Source: an uncultured delta proteobacterium
GTDB taxonomy: Bacteria > Myxococcota_A > Polyangia > Polyangiales > JAFGIB01
Length of the DNA stretch: 64,000 nucleotides
Reading direction: 5' to 3'
Assembly (NCBI GenBank): GCA_963778655.1
Contig: CAVZVA010000009.1
Span: 704,001-768,000 of the forward strand
Of this stretch, positions 38,188-45,696 are shown in pieces. Numbering within the stretch: the first letter of the stretch is position 1; each line of letters begins with the position of its first letter. A model generated the notes under the pieces. That model saw nothing but the letters and a program-made list of their open reading frames with translations. It searched no databases and had not been told where the DNA came from. Both the position numbers and the translations under genes were made by a program.

Positions 38188-39270
38188 ATGAGCAATCCAA
38201 GCGACAAAGGCACGAACGGCTCGCGAGGGTGTGGATCTCGTGCTGAGCAGCGATCACGTTTCGTTCGAGAATTGCTGCGGAACGCGGCCCCGCGTGGGGA
38301 GGGGCGGCGCGTGCCACCCCTGCTGAAAAGAGCAGGGTCTGGCCCTGCCGAATCAGCGCGTGGTGATCAGCACGAGAGCCAGACCCGCTCGCGACTGACC
38401 TGGCTGCTGTGGTTGGGAGCGGCCTTGCTGCCACTCGGCGTGCACGCCGACAGCAGCAAGATCAACGTGGTCTACGACCAGAAACGGGGCGAGCTGAGCC
38501 CGGGCACGCAAGCGCCGACGCTGGAGCAGATGATGAACGCGATTCGCGCCGGGTCGCCCACGGCGCTCACCGCCACGCTGGAGTACGGCCAGCGCGTCGA
38601 GTGCCTGGAGTGCATCCCGCTGCTCGAGCAGAAGCTGCTCGACAGCGGCACCCCCAAGGTGCGCGAGATCGCGGCGTGGTGGTTGCGCCAGCGGCCGTTC
38701 GGCTACGGGCGCGTGGCGGTGGCGATGCGGCGGACCGTGGCGCAGGACCCCGATGCGGTGCGGCGCAGCCGCGCGGCCGAGGCGCTCGGCGAGTTTCTCG
38801 ACGTGGGCGGGCTGCCCGCGCTCGAGCAGGCCGCGATGGAGGACAGCTCGGCTCAGGTGCGGCTGTCGGCCGTGCGCGCGCTCGGCAGGCTCAACGCGCG
38901 CGAAGGCCAGGCGGTGCTGGCCGCGGCCTTCGAGGACCAGGACGCCAGCGTGCGCCGCGCGGCGCTCGATCAGGTGCTGCTGGTCAACCAGTTCGCCGAC
39001 ACCGACGCGATCGCCGCGCGCCTGCAGGACGCGGACCCGCAGGTGCGCCTGCGCGCGGCCCAGCTGGTGGGACAGATGGGCGTGCCGGCGTCGGTGGGCA
39101 CGCTGGCCGACATGCTGCAGCACGATGCGGCGGCCCCGGTGCGTCAGGCCGCGGCGTGGTCGTTGGGGCGGCTCGGCGGCGCGGCCTCCGACCTGCGCGC
39201 AGCGCGCAGCAAGGAGACGGACCCGTCGGTGCTCGACGCGATCGAGGTCGCGCTGCGCATGAGCCCGTGA
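38188..39270 (+). CDS. Secreted HEAT-repeat protein
   Basis: Repeated D-VR-AA-ALG units; hydrophobic signal ending VHA-D; CLEC motif; GAGG RBS before ATG 38188. Confidence 0.85.
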   Translation: MSNPSDKGTNGSRGCGSRAEQRSRFVRELLRNAAPRGEGRRVPPLLKRAGSGPAESARGDQHESQTRSRLTWLLWLGAALLPLGVHADSSKINVVYDQKRGELSPGTQAPTLEQMMNAIRAGSPTALTATLEYGQRVECLECIPLLEQKLLDSGTPKVREIAAWWLRQRPFGYGRVAVAMRRTVAQDPDAVRRSRAAEALGEFLDVGGLPALEQAAMEDSSAQVRLSAVRALGRLNAREGQAVLAAAFEDQDASVRRAALDQVLLVNQFADTDAIAARLQDADPQVRLRAAQLVGQMGVPASVGTLADMLQHDAAAPVRQAAAWSLGRLGGAASDLRAARSKETDPSVLDAIEVALRMSP

Positions 39271-39289
39271 CAGGCGGCGGCGCGGACGC

Positions 39290-39344
39290 GAGCACGACGG
39301 TGCCTGCGACTCGAGCACGACTACGACTCCACGAGCACGAGCAC
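39290..39344 (+). repeat. Degenerate hexamer repeat tract
   Basis: gagcacgacgg...cgagcacgactacgactccacgagcacgagcac after the HEAT gene stop. Confidence 0.6.
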
Positions 39345-39430
39345 TGGTGATGCGATCGTGGAACTGAGGTGCGAGGGAGTGTGAGCAGGTAGCTCTCCTT
39401 CGCTCCAGGTCAACCTGATACCCTTGCGCG

Positions 39431-42400
39431 ATGAGCTTGAACGCTCGGAACATCGGCTGGTGCGCACCCTGGTTGCTCGCCCTGAGCGCGTGTCAGGCGC
39501 CGCAGCACAAGCCGTTCTCCTACTATGAGGAACGCATCCAGCCGATCATCGACATCGGCTGCCAGCGACAGACCACCGGCTGCCACGTCGATGACGGGCA
39601 CGGCTTTGCGCTCGGCAACCTGGATCTGACCAGCTACGACCACCTGATGCACCGCAGCGACGTGCTGGAGCCTTACGGGCCTTACTCGGTCGGACTGCTG
39701 CTGCTCAAGGCCGGCGGACCGATCCAGGTCCAGGTGCGGACCGTCGATCCCCCCGATCCCGCGCAGCCCGATCGCCGCTACGTCACCGTCACCACCGACA
39801 TCCGCCACGGCGGCGGCGAAGGCGCGATCGCGCAGGGCTCGGACGACTACGCGGCGCTCAAGCAGTGGATCGACGGCGGGCACACGTACAACGGCGTGCC
39901 GCAGCCCGATCTGCGCGAGAGCATCGGCTCCTGCGTGGAGAGCGCGCCGGGCGTGGATCTCGACACGGCGCCCGATCTGGGCGACCCAACCTCGCTCGAC
40001 CGCTTCGTCAACAGCGTGCAGCCGGTGCTGCTCAAGCGCTGCGCGGGCTCCAGCTGCCACGGATCGCAGACCGCCGACCTGTTCCTGACCTGCGGCAAAG
40101 ACGATCGCCAGCAGCGCTGGAACTACTGGGTGGCGACGCGCTACCTGAGCGAGCAGGCGGTGGTCAGCGAGCTGATCCGGCGCCCGTTGGCGCTGCGTGG
40201 CGGCGGCGTGTACCACGAGGGTGGCGACATCTTTCCGGACACCAGCGACCGCGACTACAAGGCGATCCTGGCGTGGGCGCAGGACCTGAGCAAGCGCAAG
40301 CCCGAGCTGTTGCAGTGGCAGCCCGGCTCCGACGAGGAGGGGTTGCGCTTCTTCGCCAACCGCGTGCAGCCGCTGTTCGTGCGCAAGGGCTGCATGTTCC
40401 TGGCCTGCCACTCGCCGGCGATGTTTCACGACCTGCGACTGCGCGGCGGCGCGCGCGGCGAGTTTTCGGAGATCTCGACGCGGCACAACTACCGCATCTC
40501 GCGGCTGATGCTCGCGCTCGAATCCACCGATCCCAACGACAGCCGGCTGCTGGCCAAGAACCTGTGTCCGCCGGCCAGCGGCGGACGCGGCATCAAGCAC
40601 CGCGGCGGCGCGCTGTTCGAGGACTTCGGTGGCTGCGGCGACCCGCAGACCCAGGCATCGGTCGACAAGTGCCAGGGCGTCGATGCCGACAACGGCGATC
40701 TCAATAGCATTCCGGCCTACTGCGTGTTCGCGCGCTGGCAGGCGATCGAGCGCGAGCAGGCGATCGGGCGCGGAGAGATCGATCCCGACCCGGGTCCACG
40801 CGCGGCGGTGTGGGTGATGCGCCCCGAGGGCATCGGCGGCCCGACCGAGTTCGACGCCTACAAGCCGGGCGCGGACCTGCTGCTGGCCGACGCCACGGTG
40901 GACGCGGACCAGCACCTGCACCTCGGCGACCCGCGCAGCCTGCTCGCCGGCTGCGGTCTGACTCCACCGGTCGACGTGCGCGGCCCGGCGGTGTCGTGGG
41001 ATGGCAAGCTGATCGCGTTCGCGGCGCGCGCGGCACAGGACGCGCCGCTGCGGCTGTACCAGATGAACGCGGACGGCAGCGATTGCGCGCCGCTGCAAGG
41101 CGTGGCGCCGGACGCCGATAGCGACCAGGGCATCCTGCTGCACGACTTCGATCCAGCCTACGCGCCGGACGGGCGGCTGGTGTTCGCCTCGACCCGCGGC
41201 TACCTGGACGGTGAGTCGGGGCTGCGTGGCCCCACGCGCACGCCCGCAGCGCTCGAGCCCAACGCGAATCTGTACGTGTTCGACGCGAACGGGCAGCCGC
41301 AGGTCCGCCAGTTGACCTACCTGCTCAACCAGGAGCTGCAGCCGAGCTTCATGGCCGACGGCCGCTTGATCTTCAGCGCCGAGAAGCGCGCCCAGGATTT
41401 CCACCAGCTGGCGGGCCGGCGCCTGAACCTCGACGGCGGCGATTACCACCCGCTGTTCGCGCAGCGCCCGTCGGTCGGCTTCGAGTCCGCGACCGAGATT
41501 GTCGAGCTGCCCAATCGCGATTTCGCGCTGGTGGCGGCGCCGCTCGGCGCGACCGACGGTGGCGGCACGATCGCGATCGTCAACCGCTCGATCGGCCCCG
41601 ACCAGGACGACCGCGATCCCGCGGACAAGGCTTACATTCACTCGCTGACCACGCCGGCGCCCGGCGCCTTCGGCGGCGACAGCGGCATCTTCCGCTCGCC
41701 CGCGCCGCTGCCGACCGGGCGCATCCTGGCGGCCTGCGACCTGCAGGCCACCGATCTATCCGCGGGCTCGCCTCACTACGGCCTGTGCGAGCTCGACCCC
41801 AGCGGCGTGGAGCCGCCCCGCCTGCTCTACAGCGAGCCCGATCGGGTCGCGCTCGAGCCGGCTGCGGTCTACGCGCGCGTGCCCCACCTGTACCAGTCGC
41901 GCCCGGACGAGCCCAACGGCAGCACGCGCGTGGAGTCAGGGCAGAGCGATGCCGTGGTGCACTACCTGGATCTGCCGCTGCTCGGCACGCTGCTGTTTTC
42001 CAACACGCGCGTGGGCCGGCCGATCGATTCGCGCGTCAAGGGGATCGAGCTGCTGCAGCCGCAGCCCCCCCCGGCCGGCGCGCAGAGCTTCGACGAGATC
42101 GGCTCCGGCGTGGCCAGCGATCGCTACGGCCGATTCTACCAGTCGCTGCGCTCGCTGGGGAAAGCGAACGTGCACCCGGACGGCTCGCTGCGGGTGCGGG
42201 TTCCGGGCGGGACGCCGCTCACGCTGCAGCTCGTGGACGGCGATGGCAAGGCGCTCTCATTCGAGGACGGCGCCCCCTTCAGTGGGCCGATGCGCCAGCG
42301 CGAGACCACGCAGTTCTATCCGGGCGAGCGGCTGAAGCAGTCGATGCAACGCCACCTGTTCAACGGGCTGTGTGCGGGTTGCCACGGCTCGATCAGTGGC

Positions 42401-42487
42401 CACGAGCTGGACGTGGGCATCTCGGTGGACGTGCTGACCTCGGCCTCGCACACCTTGGCCAGTGACGACTTGCGCGATTTGCGCTAA
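39431..42487 (+). CDS. Multiheme-like HzsA-related lipoprotein (three atypical cytochrome c modules, propeller, HZS-alpha middle domain, CxxCH)
   Basis: Lipobox LSAC; CQRQTTGCH, CAGSSCH, CMFLACH; PAVSWDGKLIAFA; DFDPAYAPDGRLVFAS; LGKANVHPDGSLRVRVPGGTP; CAGCH. Confidence 0.82.
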   Translation: MSLNARNIGWCAPWLLALSACQAPQHKPFSYYEERIQPIIDIGCQRQTTGCHVDDGHGFALGNLDLTSYDHLMHRSDVLEPYGPYSVGLLLLKAGGPIQVQVRTVDPPDPAQPDRRYVTVTTDIRHGGGEGAIAQGSDDYAALKQWIDGGHTYNGVPQPDLRESIGSCVESAPGVDLDTAPDLGDPTSLDRFVNSVQPVLLKRCAGSSCHGSQTADLFLTCGKDDRQQRWNYWVATRYLSEQAVVSELIRRPLALRGGGVYHEGGDIFPDTSDRDYKAILAWAQDLSKRKPELLQWQPGSDEEGLRFFANRVQPLFVRKGCMFLACHSPAMFHDLRLRGGARGEFSEISTRHNYRISRLMLALESTDPNDSRLLAKNLCPPASGGRGIKHRGGALFEDFGGCGDPQTQASVDKCQGVDADNGDLNSIPAYCVFARWQAIEREQAIGRGEIDPDPGPRAAVWVMRPEGIGGPTEFDAYKPGADLLLADATVDADQHLHLGDPRSLLAGCGLTPPVDVRGPAVSWDGKLIAFAARAAQDAPLRLYQMNADGSDCAPLQGVAPDADSDQGILLHDFDPAYAPDGRLVFASTRGYLDGESGLRGPTRTPAALEPNANLYVFDANGQPQVRQLTYLLNQELQPSFMADGRLIFSAEKRAQDFHQLAGRRLNLDGGDYHPLFAQRPSVGFESATEIVELPNRDFALVAAPLGATDGGGTIAIVNRSIGPDQDDRDPADKAYIHSLTTPAPGAFGGDSGIFRSPAPLPTGRILAACDLQATDLSAGSPHYGLCELDPSGVEPPRLLYSEPDRVALEPAAVYARVPHLYQSRPDEPNGSTRVESGQSDAVVHYLDLPLLGTLLFSNTRVGRPIDSRVKGIELLQPQPPPAGAQSFDEIGSGVASDRYGRFYQSLRSLGKANVHPDGSLRVRVPGGTPLTLQLVDGDGKALSFEDGAPFSGPMRQRETTQFYPGERLKQSMQRHLFNGLCAGCHGSISGHELDVGISVDVLTSASHTLASDDLRDLR

Positions 42488-42499
42488 ATCAGGGCTTCT

Positions 42500-42670
42500 C
42501 TAGAGCACCGAACCTATTGAAACACGCACGATTTCGGGGCCCTCGCGGGCGCATGGCACGCGCGCTCCCCGCTCGACGTAGGATGGACTACGCCTTCGGG
42601 CTCCCGCCGGCACCCTGCATCCCGCCATGACCCCGACTTCGCACACGTTTCAATATGTTCGGTGCTCTAG
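42500..42670. mobile_element. MITE-like element, 171 bp including flanking CTAG
   Basis: CTAGAGCACCGAACCTATTGAAAC ... GTTTCAATATGTTCGGTGCTCTAG (24-bp inverted repeat, 1 mismatch); non-coding; interior folds as an extended stem. Confidence 0.8.
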
Positions 42671-42772
42671 TGACCGGGAGGGTCACGCGACCCTCGCGCC
42701 CCGGGCTTCAACGCAATGACGAGAGAAGCTAGTACAACCGCCCACAAGCTCGACCCGGGCTCGGGCCACGTT

Positions 42773-43470
42773 GGAGCGAAACGAACCCCGCGGGAGGGTG
42801 GGGCCCCAACGGCTTTGCCGGTGGGGCGGGAGGGGCGCGTGCCCCTCCCGATGATAGACCGGGGAGGGGCCCCAACGGCTTTGCCGGTGGGGCGGGGAGG
42901 GGCGCGTGCCCGGAGCGAGCAGCGTGGTGCGTGCGAGTGAGCGCAACGCAGTGGAGCGAACCCCGCGGGAGGGTGGGGCCCCAACGGCTTTGCCGGTGGG
43001 GCGGGAGGGGCGCGTGCCCCTCCCGATGATAGACCCGGGTGGGGCCCCAACGGCTTTGCCGGTGGGGCGGGAGGGGCGCGTGCCCCTCCCGATGACAGAC
43101 CGGGGAGGGGCCCCAACGGCTTTGCCGGTGGGGCGGGGAGTGGCGCGTGGCCGGAGCGAGCAGCGTGGTGCGTGCGAGTGAGCGCAACGCAGTGGAGCGA
43201 ACCCCGCGGGAGGGTGGGGCCCCAACGGCTTTGCCGGTGGGGCGGGAGGGGCGCGTGCCCCTCCCGATGATAGACCCGGGTGGGGCCCCAACGGCTTTGC
43301 CGGTGGGGCGGGAGGGGCGCGTGCCCCTCCCGATGATAGACCGGGGAGGGGCCCCAACGGCTTTGCCGGTGGGGCGGGAGGGGCGCGTGCCCCTCCCGAT
43401 GATAGACCCGGGTGGGGCCCCAACGGCTTTGCCGGTGGGGCGGGAGGGGCGCGTGCCCCTCCCGATGACA
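42773..43470 (+). repeat. Tandem array of nine double-hairpin (REP/BIME-like) units
   Basis: Core CCCCAACGGCTTTGCCGGTGGGGC begins at 42804, 42870, 42979, 43045, 43111, 43220, 43286, 43352 and 43418 (spacing 66/109). Confidence 0.95.
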
Positions 43471-43477
43471 AGAGAAA

Positions 43478-43530
43478 CTAGAGCGCATCGGGTCGGAAAT
43501 CCGGACCGGATTTGCGAACCGATGTACTAG
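43478..43530. repeat. CTAG-bounded hairpin cassette
   Basis: CTAG...CATCGG-GTCG-GAAATCCGG-A-CCGGATTT-GCGA-ACCGATG...CTAG. Confidence 0.7.
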
Positions 43531-43591
43531 TGCGTTTCGGGCGCGGTTGCCTGCGGCGCGTGCCGTTCCGACGTTCCGAGATCTCAGCGCG

Positions 43592-44140
43592 ATGCCCCTT
43601 CCTACGCTGGTTTTCCTGGCTTTCGCCGTGGGCACGGCTGCGGCGCTGCTCGGTGGCTCCGAGCTGCGTCTGAGCCCGCGACACGCGATGCTCACGGCCA
43701 GCTTCAAGGCCTACGCGCTGTTTCTGGCCCTGGTGCTGCTGCCGGTGTCGATCTACTTCTACGTCTTCCACGGCGACTGGTTCCTGCTCTACGCCGTCGA
43801 CGTCCGGCGCATCCCGTCCGCGGTCGCCCTGCTGGGGTTCGTGGCCGAGGCACTGATCGGCGTGCTCGGCTTCTCGCTGGGTGCGGCGCTCGCGCGCAAC
43901 CAGCGCAACGGGTTGGGCTACGGCGTGGTGGGTCTGGCCACGCTGCTGGGCTTGTCGGTGGTGCTGCTGTGGCCGGAGCGGCTGCTGGTCGTCGGCACCT
44001 TTGCGCAGTATCGCGGCGATTTCGGGCTGCGCTCCTACGGCGGGGCGCTGATGGAGGCGGGGCTCGCCCTGGGCCTGCTGCTGGTCTACGGTGCGACCTA
44101 CCTGCTGGTACGGATCCGCATCGCCTGCAGGCGCCCGTGA
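43592..44140 (+). CDS. Hypothetical integral membrane protein
   Basis: About five hydrophobic segments; YFYVFHGDWFLLY. Confidence 0.8.
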   Translation: MPLPTLVFLAFAVGTAAALLGGSELRLSPRHAMLTASFKAYALFLALVLLPVSIYFYVFHGDWFLLYAVDVRRIPSAVALLGFVAEALIGVLGFSLGAALARNQRNGLGYGVVGLATLLGLSVVLLWPERLLVVGTFAQYRGDFGLRSYGGALMEAGLALGLLLVYGATYLLVRIRIACRRP

Positions 44141-44173
44141 GGCCCTGGCTGGGCTGCCGCGGCCGGACCCAAA

Positions 44174-44203
44174 TTGACGGCTCGCGGTCGACCCTGGTAC
44201 AGC
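44174..44203 (+). promoter_or_regulatory. Candidate sigma70 promoter
   Basis: TTGACG-N18-TACAGC with TG extension upstream of the DUF4398 gene. Confidence 0.35.
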
Positions 44204-44267
44204 GCCCTGGACCAGCGCCGCGGTGCCTGGAACCGCCGGCGCGCGCGGCCGTCTCGTGCGAGATTTC

Positions 44268-44585
44268 ATGCGTTCCAGCAGGGCAGGCGTGACGCGGGCG
44301 GGGCTGGCCGTGACGGCGCTCTGCGTGTTGGCCTTGGGCTGCGGGCCGACCCTGTACACGGCGCACATCCGCGCGGCCGAACAGAAGCTGCAGAAGGCTC
44401 GCGACCAGAACGCACGCTGGTACGCGCCCTACGAGTACTACTTCGCCGAGGCCCACCTGCGGGAGGCGCAGGAGGAGGCCGCGGACGCCGCGTACGAAGA
44501 CGCGCTGCGCTACGCGAAGACCGCCGAGGAGTACAGCGAGCGCGCACTGACCATCACCGAACGCGTACGACAGGCGGAGAGGTGA
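44268..44585 (+). CDS. DUF4398-family lipoprotein
   Basis: Lipobox ALGC; A-WYAPYEYYFAEAHL-EA-EEA...Y-DA. Confidence 0.85.
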   Translation: MRSSRAGVTRAGLAVTALCVLALGCGPTLYTAHIRAAEQKLQKARDQNARWYAPYEYYFAEAHLREAQEEAADAAYEDALRYAKTAEEYSERALTITERVRQAER

Positions 44586-45646
44586 GCCGGCGGATGCGAG
44601 GGCCGTCGGCAAAGGGCGAAGCCCGAGTCAGAGGCCGAGCGGGCGGCCGCCGCGGGCTGCGCCCGGCGCTTGCCGCGTGCCTGCTGCTGGGTTCTGGCTG
44701 CGCCCGCGCGCACGAGCTGGACCAATCGATCGGCGGCGTGCAGCGCCGGCTGGAGCAGGTGCTGAGCAGCGGCGGCTACACCTGTGCCCCGCGCGAGCTT
44801 GCGCTGGCGCGCGCGCATCTCGAGTTCGCCCGAGTCGAGCTCGCGCAGGGCAACCCCGGGCGCGCCGCCGAGCACCTGCGCGATGCCGAGCTCAACGCCG
44901 ATGCCGCCGCGCGCCTGAGCCCGGTGCAGCGCTGCGGCAGTGCGGGTGGAGTGGTGCCGGAGATCCCGCACACCGAGGAGCCGGACGCCGACCACGACGG
45001 CGTGCCGGACGAGGCGGACCAGTGTCCCAACGAGCCGGAGGATCTGGACGGCTATCAGGACGACGACGGTTGTCCCGACACGGACAACGATCACGACGGG
45101 GTGCCCGATCAGCTCGACCGCTGTCCGACCCAACCCGAGGACACCGACGGCTACCAGGATGCGGACGGCTGTCCCGACCCGGACAACGATGCGGACGGCG
45201 TCGTCGATTCGCTCGACCGCTGCCCGCTCGAGCCGGGCACGGCGTTGAATCAGGGTTGCCCGCGCCTGCGCTACAAGGGTGTGGAGGTTACCCCGGCCGC
45301 GCTGCGCCTCACCGAGCCGGTGTTGTTCGACTCCGACACAGCCGTCATTCGTTCAGTGTCGCAGCCCTTGCTGGACACGGTGGTCGCGGCGCTCAAGGAG
45401 CACCCCGAGATCACGCTCGAGGTACAGGGGCACACCGACAGCCTCGGCGACGACGCGCACAACATGCGGTTATCCCAATCGCGCGCCGAGGCGGTGATGG
45501 CATATCTCGTCTCGCACGGGATCGCGGCCTCACGCTTGACGGCGCAAGGTTATGGTGAGACACGGCCCATTGAGTCGAACCGAACGTCGCAGGGCCGTGA
45601 CATCAATCGCAGAGTCGAGCTAGTCCGGACCGACAAGGCGCACTGA
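44582..45646 (+). CDS. OmpA-family lipoprotein with DUF4398 and thrombospondin type 3 repeats
   Basis: CAPRELALA; D-D-DGVPD--D-CP repeats; EVQGHTDS...LSQSRAEAV...GYGETRP...NRRVE. Confidence 0.92.
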   Translation: MSRRMRGPSAKGEARVRGRAGGRRGLRPALAACLLLGSGCARAHELDQSIGGVQRRLEQVLSSGGYTCAPRELALARAHLEFARVELAQGNPGRAAEHLRDAELNADAAARLSPVQRCGSAGGVVPEIPHTEEPDADHDGVPDEADQCPNEPEDLDGYQDDDGCPDTDNDHDGVPDQLDRCPTQPEDTDGYQDADGCPDPDNDADGVVDSLDRCPLEPGTALNQGCPRLRYKGVEVTPAALRLTEPVLFDSDTAVIRSVSQPLLDTVVAALKEHPEITLEVQGHTDSLGDDAHNMRLSQSRAEAVMAYLVSHGIAASRLTAQGYGETRPIESNRTSQGRDINRRVELVRTDKAH

Positions 45647-45696
45647 GGTCAGCGCGTCGTCTTCGACGCCGAGCGGAAGCAGAGTGAGGCGTGTGA

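Noticed and set aside
35910..42487. True anammox hydrazine synthase
   Set aside because: No hzsB/hzsC or other anammox genes, and the host context is myxobacterial; the similarity is at domain level only.
42773..43470. CRISPR array
   Set aside because: The sequences between cores are themselves repeated rather than unique spacers, and there are no cas genes or AT-rich leader.
42667..43707. ORFs across the repeat array
   Set aside because: They are translations of a non-coding palindromic repeat with no coding bias.
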